From Gemmatimonadaceae bacterium (GTDB lineage: Bacteria; Gemmatimonadota; Gemmatimonadetes; Gemmatimonadales; Gemmatimonadaceae), in assembly GCA_050733495.1 (NCBI GenBank), contig JBOHTC010000236.1:88098-152097 (forward strand): a stretch of DNA of 64,000 nt, read 5' to 3'. The first letter of the stretch is position 1; each line of letters opens with the position of its first letter. The translations under genes and the position numbers were made by a program. Under the pieces are notes generated by a model. It saw only the letters and a list, made by a program, of their open reading frames with translations, was not told the DNA's origin and searched no databases. Shown one piece after another: positions 27,130-36,173 of this stretch.

Positions 27130-28347
27130 TCAGCCCCCCATTATCTCGAGCGGAATCGAGATGATCGAAAGAACGAATGAGATAAGAATTACTATCGAGA
27201 CGACGGTGTTGCTGATCCAGCCGTTCCGGTGATCGCCCAGATAAATCGGATCGTTCATCAGGAAAAGGAATGGCACGATCGCCAACGGGAGAGTCGCCGA
27301 AGTGAGCGCCATCGATATCATCGTGATCTTGACGGGATCGAGGCCGAAGAGCAAAGGCACGGCGGCCAACAGTATGATGATTGTATAAGTGAAGGCAAAG
27401 CGGGCATTCCGTGAGGGATCAAGATCCTCGCTCCAGTTCCAGCCCAATCCCTGAGCGAAGAAGTACGCGATCGCGAGCGATATCTCTAAAGCAGCGCCAA
27501 GACACGGGAAAACCATCGAGAGAGCAAAAAGTATAAAGCCCCACCGGGGTAGCGCCGTCGTCATGAGTAGTGCCGCCTGTTCGAACTTGTCGACATCGAT
27601 CCCCCGCGGCTGGAGCGCGATTGCACCGCAGATGAGAACCGCCATCGACAACAATCCACCGAGACTCATCCCTAACACGGAGATCACGCGATTGATCGGG
27701 ATGTAGGTCTCGTCCCACTTGTCTTCGATCGCGCCCGATGAATAGAAGTACATGAGGTAGGGTGAGATCGATGCGCCCAGAATGCTCACCGCAACGAACC
27801 CGTATTTGGCTTTCTGGTCACCCGGCATGGTCGGGATGAAGCCGTGACCAACGCTGCCCCACTGCGGATGCAGCTTCACAGCGGCAACCGCGAAGGAGAG
27901 CGTAACGAGGCCAAGAAGCGAAGCCCCGTTCTCGATGAGGCTGAAGGTTCCCTTCCACATCAGAATCCACACGATGAACGACACGGGGATCGCCCACCAG
28001 GGGAACCCGATGCCTGTCAGGATCTGCAGTCCGAGCCCGATCCCACCCAGCTCGGCCACGAGCACCATGAATGCGACGAGGACAATGCCGAGCGCGACGA
28101 TGGAAAAGAAAGGAAATCCGAAGCGTTCTCGCATCGCATCGACAACAGTGTGCTTGCTTACCGCCGAGAGCCGCCCCGACATCTCCACGAGAAAAATCAG
28201 GCAGATCGTTCCGAGCAGTATTGCCCAGAGAAGCTGGTAGCCGAATGATGCGCCGGCCTGGACCGCTGTCACGACGGATCCGATCTCCAGAAATCCGCCG
28301 ATGCTCGTGATGATGCCAAGTGCGAGCTGCAGAATCTTCTTCTTCAT
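27130..28347 (-). CDS. Nramp-family divalent metal transporter, atypical motifs
   Basis: About 11 TM; GASFGYQLLW, VEMSGRL; TM1 reads FLEIGS instead of DPGN and TM6 ISPY instead of MPH. Confidence 0.8.
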   Translation of the reverse strand: MKKKILQLALGIITSIGGFLEIGSVVTAVQAGASFGYQLLWAILLGTICLIFLVEMSGRLSAVSKHTVVDAMRERFGFPFFSIVALGIVLVAFMVLVAELGGIGLGLQILTGIGFPWWAIPVSFIVWILMWKGTFSLIENGASLLGLVTLSFAVAAVKLHPQWGSVGHGFIPTMPGDQKAKYGFVAVSILGASISPYLMYFYSSGAIEDKWDETYIPINRVISVLGMSLGGLLSMAVLICGAIALQPRGIDVDKFEQAALLMTTALPRWGFILFALSMVFPCLGAALEISLAIAYFFAQGLGWNWSEDLDPSRNARFAFTYTIIILLAAVPLLFGLDPVKITMISMALTSATLPLAIVPFLFLMNDPIYLGDHRNGWISNTVVSIVILISFVLSIISIPLEIMGG

Positions 28348-28751
28348 TGCTTCTGTTGAGCGCTCTCCGCCAGTTGCTTTATGATTCTCTCCTCGGCGCG
28401 AAGCGAGTCGAGCTGTTTGGAGAAATCGGGGGAATTCCTGGCTTCGATCAGGCGCGCCATCTTCGCGATGTGAGCGCGGCTCGTGGTGATGATGCTGTCC
28501 AGAGAAGCTGAATCGAGAGTTGGCGGCGGCGATTTCAGGAGGCCGCTCGAGATCTGGAGAATGGTCTCGTTGGAGAGCTCCAGGGTTTGACGACTATAGC
28601 GGTCCAGCGTGGTGTGACGGAGCCATGCCTCGCCGGCCATTCCGGCCGTTGCAACCCAGGAGAGGATTGAATCCATCTGCTCTGCCGGTGTCGGCGGTTT
28701 GCACGCGGGGACAAAAGAGAGAGAGATGACGAGCAGATTCTTGACGCGCAT
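28344..28751 (-). CDS. Hypothetical lipoprotein
   Basis: Signal with VPAC lipobox; ATGA overlap with the Nramp gene. Confidence 0.65.
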   Translation of the reverse strand: MRVKNLLVISLSFVPACKPPTPAEQMDSILSWVATAGMAGEAWLRHTTLDRYSRQTLELSNETILQISSGLLKSPPPTLDSASLDSIITTSRAHIAKMARLIEARNSPDFSKQLDSLRAEERIIKQLAESAQQKQ

Positions 28752-28765
28752 GTGATTTACATTGC

Positions 28766-30319
28766 TTGCCTATGTCCAAAACCCGAATAGTCGTACTGCT
28801 CCTTTCACTTTTCGTGCTCAGCAGTTATGACACCGCATGCGGGCAGACGCCGGATTCAACGGCGCAGAACCTGACAGCGCCTCCCCCACTTCGCCACGAG
28901 TTCAGAGGCGTCTGGATAGCGTCCGTACAGAATATCGATTGGCCATCCGAGCCCGGTCTTTCCACTCGCGAGCAACAGCAGGAGTTGATCGAGATGCTCG
29001 ATCGCGCCGTGCAGCTACGTCTGAACGCGGTGATTCTTCAGGTTCGGCCGGCCGCCGATGCGCTCTATGCTTCCCCGTACGAGCCGTGGTCCGAGTACTT
29101 GACCGGGAAGATGGGCCGCGCACCCGATCCATATTACGACCCACTCGAGTTCGCGGTGACCGAGGCGCATCGTCGCGGTCTCGAGCTGCACGCGTGGTTC
29201 AATCCATACCGCGCACGTCATCCTTCCGGCAAGTCGAAGCCGGCGAGGAATCACATTAGTGTCACCCATCCGGAGCTGGTGAAGCGTTACGGATCCATGT
29301 TGTGGATGGATCCGGGCGAGCCCGCGGTTCGGGAGCAGACAATTCGCGTCGTGCTCGATGTCGTAAAGCGCTACGACATCGACGGCGTTCACATCGACGA
29401 TTACTTCTATCCGTACAAGGAAAAAGATTCGCGTGGGAGGACGATTGATTTTCCGGACGCGCGGAGCTGGCGACGCTATCGGGCTTCGGGTGGAACGTTA
29501 TCGAGAGATGATTGGCGTCGCGCGAACGTCGACAGCCTGATCCACCAGGTGTACGTGGGGATCAAGAATCTGAAACCGTGGGTGAAATTCGGAATCAGTC
29601 CATTCGGTGTGTGGCGTCCGGGATATCCATCGATAACAGCGGGGAAGTTTGATTCGTACGCCGAGCTGTATGGAGATTCGAGGAAGTGGCTGATGAACGG
29701 CTGGGGAGATTACTTCACGCCGCAGCTCTATTGGCCGATCGATCGGCCTGACCTGAGCTATCCCGTTCTGCTCGAGTGGTGGGTGGAGCAGAACGCGAAA
29801 GGACGCCACATATGGCCGGGCAATTACGTCGACAAGGTAAACGGTACTCCGACAGGCTGGCTTGCAGACGAGATTCTCAACCAGATCGCCGTCACTAGAG
29901 CGCAGAATGGCGCGACGGGGAATATCTATTTCAGCATGACCACGCTCATGGGCGACGCTGACAATCTCGCTCGCAAGCTGATGTCGGGACCCTACGCGAC
30001 TCGAACCATAGTACCGGCGTCACCATGGCTCGATAGCCTACCACCGCTTTCTCCGACAGTGAGAGTCGGCTGGGACGCCGCCGCATCCACCAATACTCTG
30101 TCACTCCAACCGCAGGGGGCAGAACCAACCTGGCTCTGGCTGATTCGAACCAGGGTCGGGAGCGACTGGACGACCGAGGTCGTGCCGGGCTTACAACGGT
30201 TTTACATGATTCCACGACTCGCAGGCGGACAGGTTGCCGACGAAGTCGCCGTATCCTCCGTTGATCGAACCGGTAACGAAAGTGCCCCGGTTTTATTAGG
30301 CCTCGCGCAGGGACATTAA
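28766..30319 (+). CDS. Glycoside hydrolase-like family 10 (YddW/UPF0748-like)
   Basis: EFRGVWIASV.N.DWPS, LELHAWFNPYR, RYDIDGVHIDDYFYP, FGISPFG, PQLYW. Confidence 0.9.
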   Translation: MPMSKTRIVVLLLSLFVLSSYDTACGQTPDSTAQNLTAPPPLRHEFRGVWIASVQNIDWPSEPGLSTREQQQELIEMLDRAVQLRLNAVILQVRPAADALYASPYEPWSEYLTGKMGRAPDPYYDPLEFAVTEAHRRGLELHAWFNPYRARHPSGKSKPARNHISVTHPELVKRYGSMLWMDPGEPAVREQTIRVVLDVVKRYDIDGVHIDDYFYPYKEKDSRGRTIDFPDARSWRRYRASGGTLSRDDWRRANVDSLIHQVYVGIKNLKPWVKFGISPFGVWRPGYPSITAGKFDSYAELYGDSRKWLMNGWGDYFTPQLYWPIDRPDLSYPVLLEWWVEQNAKGRHIWPGNYVDKVNGTPTGWLADEILNQIAVTRAQNGATGNIYFSMTTLMGDADNLARKLMSGPYATRTIVPASPWLDSLPPLSPTVRVGWDAAASTNTLSLQPQGAEPTWLWLIRTRVGSDWTTEVVPGLQRFYMIPRLAGGQVADEVAVSSVDRTGNESAPVLLGLAQGH

Positions 30320-30362
30320 TCGACCACGACCAGCCCTATCATTTGGCCGGATCCGGATGTGC

Positions 30363-30758
30363 CTATCTGTCTTCCCGCTTGAGCACCGCCGAGTTTATGC
30401 AGAACCGCTGGTGAGTGGGTCCCGGGCCGTCGTCGAAGACGTGCCCCAGATGCGCGTCGCATTTTGCGCAGAGGACTTCCGTTCGCCGCCCGAAAAGACT
30501 CGTGTCGGATTCGGTGCGAACGCTTTCTTCAGCGACAGGTTTGGTAAAGCTTGGCCAGCCCGTGCCGGATTCGAACTTCGCGTCGGAGTCGAATAACGGA
30601 GTCCCGCAACAGACGCAGCTGTAGGTTCCGGGCTGCTTGCTGTCGTGGTATTCGCCGGTGAAGGCCCGCTCTGTTCCCTTCTGTCGCGCAATTCGGTATT
30701 GCTCCGGGGTGAGCTCCTTCCGCCATTCTTCGTCGCTTTTCTTGACTTCGTCGCTCAT
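30363..30758 (-). CDS. msrB: Peptide-methionine (R)-S-oxide reductase
   Basis: [44 protein letters not shown]. Confidence 0.97.
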   Translation of the reverse strand: MSDEVKKSDEEWRKELTPEQYRIARQKGTERAFTGEYHDSKQPGTYSCVCCGTPLFDSDAKFESGTGWPSFTKPVAEESVRTESDTSLFGRRTEVLCAKCDAHLGHVFDDGPGPTHQRFCINSAVLKREDR

Positions 30759-31030
30759 ATCGTTGCTACCCGCCGTTCCAAAAGCCGAGATCTCAGAGCC
30801 AACGCATCTGCGGTTGCCGCGCCGAGCGCTGTATTGTCAAAGATACACCACGTAGAAGCGCCCTGTGCCGATCGCTGCTGAAAAGCGAAAATGCGCCGGC
30901 ACCGAAGCCGCCCAGCGCTCGTAAGTCGCGAAACGATGTGGGCGGTAGAAGCCCGAATTGATCTCGACGGCGTTGAACACGCTGGCGTAGCGTTCGAGGT
31001 GGATTCGTGTGGAATATCCCCGTGCACCAT
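30755..31030 (-). pseudogene. Internally deleted, frameshifted DUF72 gene
   Basis: One frame gives HLERYASVFNAVEINSGFYRPHRFATYERWAASVPAHFRFS (DUF72 N-part). Another gives [19 protein letters not shown] (DUF72 C-end). They join near 30880. Confidence 0.75.
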
Positions 31031-32335
31031 CCTACCTTGACTGTCGTGTCGTACCCCTTGCTACGCCGACTTTGTGCCGTCGGGTCAGTCCTGACGGTCC
31101 TTGCCGGGTGCGTCCATTCTTCGGCCGCGCTGCATTCGACGCGCCGGATGAATTACTGGGAAGCGCTCGCGGAGCTGCATCCGGACGACGCGATAGCGGC
31201 TGCGCGAACGCCGTCGGAAAAGGAGTTCGCGCAATCGCTGCAAGGCCTGATGAACGGCGATATGGATTCCGCCGAGCGGGGATTCGGTGCGTTGCGACTG
31301 ACAGCGAAGGATTCCGTAATCCGCTCCGGCTCCCGAGTGATCTACACGGCGACGCTCCAGTACAAAGAGAAGTGGGACGCGCTAGCGGATCTGCGTAAAG
31401 AGCCCGCGCCGCTCAGGATCGATACGACGGACCGGGCGAGCATCGAGCTGTGGGCAACGGCATTTCGAAACGTGCCGCCAAAGACAGTGAGCTTCCGATC
31501 GCAATCGATGACGCTCCCGATGACGATGTCCGCGGTAGGGACACCCCTGATTCCGGTACGAATCGGCGACAGGGACTACAATTTCTGGCTGGATACCGGC
31601 TCGAGCATGACCATGCTCGCTTCCGATGTCGCACACGACCTGAAGATTGTGCCACTCGTTCCCGATACGCTGGAGATCGTGACGAGCACCGGACGCGTAA
31701 AAGCAAATCCGGGGCTCATTCCAGAACTGCGGATTGGCCAGCTCACCGTTCGTAACGCTCCAGCCATGATCGTCGAACACACGATGATGCAGATGCGGGA
31801 GCCGAGGCCGATCGAGCAGCCTCCGCCGGTGAAAATCGACGGAATCATCGGCTTCGACATCATCCGGCAGCTCGACATCGAGATGGACTATGGCGATGGC
31901 GTAATCAACCTGCGCAATCCGACAACGGCGAGACGCAACTCTGAAAGAAATCTGTTCTGGGTCGGGTTGCCCGTGGTGCGCATCATGAGCACCGACGGAA
32001 TTCCGCTCCATTTTGCGCTCGATACCGGTGCGCAGCTGACGTTCGTCACGGAGACGCTACTCGACAAGCTGCAAATCGCAGCAGCGAGAATCGAGAACCG
32101 CCGCGTCGGCGGACTGGGCGGCGAGATCTCACTCCGAGCGCCCGTGCTTCCCGATCTTCGGGTTCTCGTGCGCGGCTATCCCATTCTTTTCAGAGGTGCC
32201 GTCGTCCGCGCGCCCGTCTACCAGGTTCTCGCGTCGCTCGATGGCGTGCTGGGCGGCGATGTCTGGAATAGCGGCATCGTCCGCATCGACATGACAAACG
32301 GCATCTTCGCGATCAGCCGCAAAAAGGTGGACTAA
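31007..32335 (+). CDS. Lipoprotein with two retropepsin-like aspartyl protease domains (paralogue of 15908-17302)
   Basis: Lipobox LAGC; FWLDTGSS..DGIIG and FALDTGAQ..DGVLG. Start uncertain. Confidence 0.82.
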   Translation: MWNIPVHHPTLTVVSYPLLRRLCAVGSVLTVLAGCVHSSAALHSTRRMNYWEALAELHPDDAIAAARTPSEKEFAQSLQGLMNGDMDSAERGFGALRLTAKDSVIRSGSRVIYTATLQYKEKWDALADLRKEPAPLRIDTTDRASIELWATAFRNVPPKTVSFRSQSMTLPMTMSAVGTPLIPVRIGDRDYNFWLDTGSSMTMLASDVAHDLKIVPLVPDTLEIVTSTGRVKANPGLIPELRIGQLTVRNAPAMIVEHTMMQMREPRPIEQPPPVKIDGIIGFDIIRQLDIEMDYGDGVINLRNPTTARRNSERNLFWVGLPVVRIMSTDGIPLHFALDTGAQLTFVTETLLDKLQIAAARIENRRVGGLGGEISLRAPVLPDLRVLVRGYPILFRGAVVRAPVYQVLASLDGVLGGDVWNSGIVRIDMTNGIFAISRKKVD

Positions 32336-32348
32336 GCCCAAGTTGCTC

Positions 32349-32368
32349 TGTTAGGTTGATAACTAACA
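32349..32368. promoter_or_regulatory. Putative autoregulatory operator
   Basis: TGTTAG-N8-CTAACA inverted repeat overlapping the ATG of the ArsR-type regulator. Confidence 0.5.
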
Positions 32369-33591
32369 TGTCTGCCGCGCGACCCTTTGCCGTGAGTTTC
32401 GCCGTGACGCCGCGGTTCGACGTGTTCTACGCGCTGTACGCGCTGGCCAATGCCGCACCTTCGCCGTCGGATGAGTGGAAGGAGCGCGCAATCGCGCGGT
32501 TGCCGGAGGATTTTGGACGCGTTGCTGGTCGAGTTGCACCAGTGCCGCTTTTCTGGCCACTTCTTGCGGACGCGCTGCAGCAAACCTCCGGAGAGATGGC
32601 GTTCGACGAGATCGTTGACGCGATTCGCGCGCTACCGGCGGAGGAGCTGACGACAAATATCGTGTCCGGGATATTCCACGACAGTGGAACCGTGCGCTCG
32701 CTCGTGAGTGGACACAAGAAGCTCCGCGACGTGGTTTCACAGGACGGCAGCGAGAGCGGCGAGCTGTTGCGTGCCTTCGGCCTGCGCCCGTTCGACTCGA
32801 TGTCGCGGTCGGCAAAAGCAATTTCCGCGTTGCTGCTGCATCCCGATGCATTTCGTGAGGATCTCGCCCTGGTGCTCGAGCAATTCTGGTCGACCACATT
32901 CCGTGACGACTGGTCCGGTCTTGAAGCGCCGTTGCGCGCGGATTCGTTTCGTATGCGCGACCTTGCTGAAGAGCGGGCGATAGAGGATCTGGCGCGGGAG
33001 CTCGAGCTTCCGGTAGTCTTCGATCGAAAAGCCAGCGAGGTTCGTCCGCGAAGCGGGCCAGCGATACCGTACGGCCGGATCGACACCTGTTGCCTGATTC
33101 CTTCGGCGTTCAACACGCGTCACTGGTGGGCGAAATACGAAACGAAATCCGGGCGCGTCAGCCTTTACTTCCCGATCACGCGGGATGCGTCGGCCGCAAA
33201 CCGAAGAGCGACCGATGCGGCCAGGAGCAGCGCACCAGGCGCGCACGCCAGGCCCAAAGTGGATGCCGAATCCGTCTTCCGTGCCCTCGGCGATACCACA
33301 CGGTATGCGATCGCCTCGGTTCTCGCACGCACGCCTACGACTTCGGCGGAGTTGGCACGGATGTTAGGGGTCTCGAAGCCCACGATCACACACCACGTCC
33401 AGGCGCTGCGGTCCGCCGGCCTAATCGCCGAAACTCCGAAAGGAGGGTCGGTCCGGCTCTCGCTGAATCGCGAAACCGTTGGTGCGATATCTGAAGCGGC
33501 GGTTGGCCAGCTCTTCGCTTCGAAGGCCGACCTTAGCCTGGGTACAACCCGGAAACGGCGCGCCGGCCAGGACGCCGGAAAAGAAATTTAA
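32368..33591 (+). CDS. ArsR-family regulator with long N-terminal (DUF5937-like) domain
   Basis: C-terminal wHTH FRALGDTTRYAI..ELARMLGVSKPTITHHVQALRSAGLI. Confidence 0.8.
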   Translation: MSAARPFAVSFAVTPRFDVFYALYALANAAPSPSDEWKERAIARLPEDFGRVAGRVAPVPLFWPLLADALQQTSGEMAFDEIVDAIRALPAEELTTNIVSGIFHDSGTVRSLVSGHKKLRDVVSQDGSESGELLRAFGLRPFDSMSRSAKAISALLLHPDAFREDLALVLEQFWSTTFRDDWSGLEAPLRADSFRMRDLAEERAIEDLARELELPVVFDRKASEVRPRSGPAIPYGRIDTCCLIPSAFNTRHWWAKYETKSGRVSLYFPITRDASAANRRATDAARSSAPGAHARPKVDAESVFRALGDTTRYAIASVLARTPTTSAELARMLGVSKPTITHHVQALRSAGLIAETPKGGSVRLSLNRETVGAISEAAVGQLFASKADLSLGTTRKRRAGQDAGKEI

Positions 33592-33642
33592 AACTTTATA
33601 AACCCTTTCCTCGTACTCTGAGTCTAAGAGGTAGAGCCCGGC

Positions 33643-33702
33643 TTGGTCCGGCTAACGATAGTGCTACTGGCTGAGCTTGTAGGACGGGTGGGCCACCAGT
33701 AG
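33643..33702 (+). CDS. Ile/Leu/Val-rich attenuator leader peptide (MVRLTIVLLAELVGRVGHQ)
   Basis: TTG start after AAGAGG/AGAG; 9 of 19 codons are I/L/V, including rare CTA x2, ATA, CTT and GTA; followed immediately by a terminator. Confidence 0.7.
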   Translation: MVRLTIVLLAELVGRVGHQ

Positions 33703-33735
33703 CCAGCCCCGTGTCCGAAAGGATGCGGGGTTTTT
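33663..33735 (+). promoter_or_regulatory. Transcription attenuator (protector hairpin, antiterminator, terminator)
   Basis: GCTACTGG(33663)/CCAGTAGC(33696) stem; terminator CCCCGTGTCC-GAAA-GGATGCGGGG-TTTTT; GGACGGG(33682) can pair with its 5' arm. Confidence 0.75.
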
Positions 33736-33851
33736 CGTTAGGCGCTGCAGTGATTCGTTGCGACGCCCAGTCCCTCCCTCTCGCGGGACTTTCAGCGCTC
33801 ATACGCGCGCGATAGGTTTGCCTCCTCTTCGACGACGCTGATGGGGTGTGG

Positions 33852-34664
33852 ATGCCGGAAGTATTCGGACAGAAAATCCTCGAGGGAAAGTCCGCCGTCA
33901 TTACTGGCGGAGGCAGCGGGATAAATCTCGCGATAGCGAAGCGATTCGCGCAGCATGGCGTGAAGGTCGCGCTGATAGGAAGGACGAAGGAAAAACTCGA
34001 TGACGCGTGCGCCGCGATACGTAAGGCGGGTGGATCGGCATCCGGCCATCCAGCTGACGTCCGAGACTACGATGCTCTCGCCGCGGCAATCAAGGCCGCG
34101 CGTGACACGAACGGAGAGGTCGATCTCATGGTGTGTGGCGCCGCCGGCAATTTTCCCGCTCCAGCGCTTGGAATGTCGGCGAACGGCTTCAAGTCGGTGA
34201 TAGACATCGACCTTCTCGGAACATTCAACGCCTGCCGTGCAGCGTTCGAGCATCTGAGACGGCCGGGCGCATCGGTGATCAACATCTCCGCTATGCAGGC
34301 ATTTACGCCGATGCCGATGCAGGCGCACGTCTGCGCGGCAAAAGCAGGTGTGGACATGTTGACCAAGTGCCTCGCGATCGAGTGGGGTCCGCAAGGCGTG
34401 CGCGTCAATTCGATCGCTCCCGGTGCGGTCGACGACACCGAAGGCATGCGTCGCCTGGCGCCGACCCCAGAGATACGGAAGCGGTTCGCGCAAGCCGTTC
34501 CGCTCCAACGTTTCGCGACGAAGGACGAGATCGCTGATCTCGCGGTGTTCCTCTCGAGCGATGCGGCGAAGTTCATCACCGGGGCTGTGGTAGTGTGCGA
34601 TGGAGGTCAGTCTCTCGCGGGACTTGGCGTGAACATGATGGACGCGCTGCGTCCGCGCGCCTGA
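33852..34664 (+). CDS. SDR oxidoreductase, 2,4-dienoyl-CoA reductase-like
   Basis: ITGGGSGIN, GAAGNFPAP..MSANGFKSVIDIDLLGTFN, HVCAAKAGVD, VRVNSIAPG. Confidence 0.88.
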   Translation: MPEVFGQKILEGKSAVITGGGSGINLAIAKRFAQHGVKVALIGRTKEKLDDACAAIRKAGGSASGHPADVRDYDALAAAIKAARDTNGEVDLMVCGAAGNFPAPALGMSANGFKSVIDIDLLGTFNACRAAFEHLRRPGASVINISAMQAFTPMPMQAHVCAAKAGVDMLTKCLAIEWGPQGVRVNSIAPGAVDDTEGMRRLAPTPEIRKRFAQAVPLQRFATKDEIADLAVFLSSDAAKFITGAVVVCDGGQSLAGLGVNMMDALRPRA

Positions 34665-34692
34665 AGGATTCACCGATGACGAAAATTGCATC

Positions 34693-35283
34693 ATGAGCGA
34701 TATCCGGCGTCTTGCTGTTTTCTGCGGATCGAATCCGGGTGCGCGAGCAGAGTATATGGACGCCACGCGCGCCTTTGGCAGGCTGCTGGCGCGAAGAGGT
34801 ATTTCGGTGGTGTACGGTGGCTCGAGCGTCGGACTGATGGCAGCACTCGCGGATTCAGTGGGGGACGAGCTTGGTGACATCATCGGAGTAATTCCACGAA
34901 TGCTAGTGGAGCGTGAGGTCGCGAACACTGCGCTCACCGACTTGCGCGTAGTGGACTCGATGCACGCACGAAAGGCATTGATGGCGGAGCTCGCGGACGG
35001 ATTTGTCGCGCTGCCCGGAGGGATCGGCACCCTCGAAGAGTTCTTCGAGACATGGACGTGGGCGCAGCTCGGAATGCACACGAAACCGTGCGGGCTCCTC
35101 AACGTCGCCGGCTACTTCGATCCGCTTCTCGAGTTCCTCGACCACGCTGTCGCGGAGAAATTTGTCCGTGACGCTCACCGGGCAATGGTGATCGTGGAGA
35201 GTGACCCCGAGAAACTTCTGGCACGATTTGAATCCTACGAACCGCCGCGCGTGGTGAAGTGGGTGAACGCGGGCACGATCTAG
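34693..35283 (+). CDS. LOG family nucleotide phosphoribohydrolase (TIGR00730)
   Basis: [45 protein letters not shown]. Confidence 0.92.
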   Translation: MSDIRRLAVFCGSNPGARAEYMDATRAFGRLLARRGISVVYGGSSVGLMAALADSVGDELGDIIGVIPRMLVEREVANTALTDLRVVDSMHARKALMAELADGFVALPGGIGTLEEFFETWTWAQLGMHTKPCGLLNVAGYFDPLLEFLDHAVAEKFVRDAHRAMVIVESDPEKLLARFESYEPPRVVKWVNAGTI

Positions 35284-36170
35284 CTCCAGGTGAGCTCGTC
35301 GATCGAGCGCGGCCAATCCTCTTTGAGCAATCGCGACAGGGCGCGATCGGCCAGCAGCTTACCCTCCGTCTGACAGCGCGGGCAATAATTCGTCTCGTTG
35401 TCGGCGTAGCGGATCCTTTGGACTGGTGTTCCACAGACCGGACAGGGCTTGCCGAACTTTCCGTGGACGGCCATCTCGTCGCGGAACGCCGTGACCTTCG
35501 TTGGGAAATCTCCCTTTGACTCCCGCCGCAAGCGATCCGTCCACTCAATCAGCGTGGTCCTGGTTGCAGCGAACAGACGCTGTATTTCCTCTTCAGTCAG
35601 CCGACGGGTATGTCTGATCGGCGAGATTTTGGCCCGATGAAGAATCTCGTCGGAGTACGCGTTGCCAATTCCGCTGAAAAGTCTCGGGTCGGTGAGCGAT
35701 CGCTTGAGCGTATGATTCTCACGCATCAGTCTCTCCGTGAATTCCTCGATCGTGGAATCGAGAACCTCCAGGCCGCCACGCTCGAACTGCACGAGAGACT
35801 GCTCGCCCCGCACGAGCCAAAGTGACGCGCGCCTCTTGGAACCCGCTTCAGTGAGAATCAGGCTCCCGTTGGTAAAATCAAATGCCGCGAGCCCGATCTT
35901 GCCCGGCACCTTCGCGCCCGACGGAACCCAGCGCAGGCGGCCGGCGATCATCAGGTGAATCACAAGGAAGAGATCGTCTTCCAGCTCGACGACGATTCGC
36001 TTTCCCATTCGGCGCACGCCAAGAACGCGTTTGCCTTGCGCTGCGGAGATCGGCGGATCGACGGACCGCAGCAGAAAGGGTTTCGGGATGCGGACGCGCT
36101 CGAGTATCTGGCCACCGATTCTAGATTCCAGGGCCTCGATGTAAACCGTTATGTCGGGAAGCTCGGGCAC
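35280..36170 (-). CDS. Fpg/Nei family DNA glycosylase/AP lyase
   Basis: N-terminal [25 protein letters not shown], zinc finger CPVC..YCPRCQ. Confidence 0.92.
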   Translation of the reverse strand: MPELPDITVYIEALESRIGGQILERVRIPKPFLLRSVDPPISAAQGKRVLGVRRMGKRIVVELEDDLFLVIHLMIAGRLRWVPSGAKVPGKIGLAAFDFTNGSLILTEAGSKRRASLWLVRGEQSLVQFERGGLEVLDSTIEEFTERLMRENHTLKRSLTDPRLFSGIGNAYSDEILHRAKISPIRHTRRLTEEEIQRLFAATRTTLIEWTDRLRRESKGDFPTKVTAFRDEMAVHGKFGKPCPVCGTPVQRIRYADNETNYCPRCQTEGKLLADRALSRLLKEDWPRSIDELTWS

Positions 36171-36173
36171 GCG

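Noticed and set aside
33626-33735. T-box, ZTP or lysine riboswitch readings of the leader
   Set aside because: There is no exact UGGNACC bulge, no ZTP pseudoknot partner, and it is too short for a lysine riboswitch. The leader-peptide model explains all the elements.
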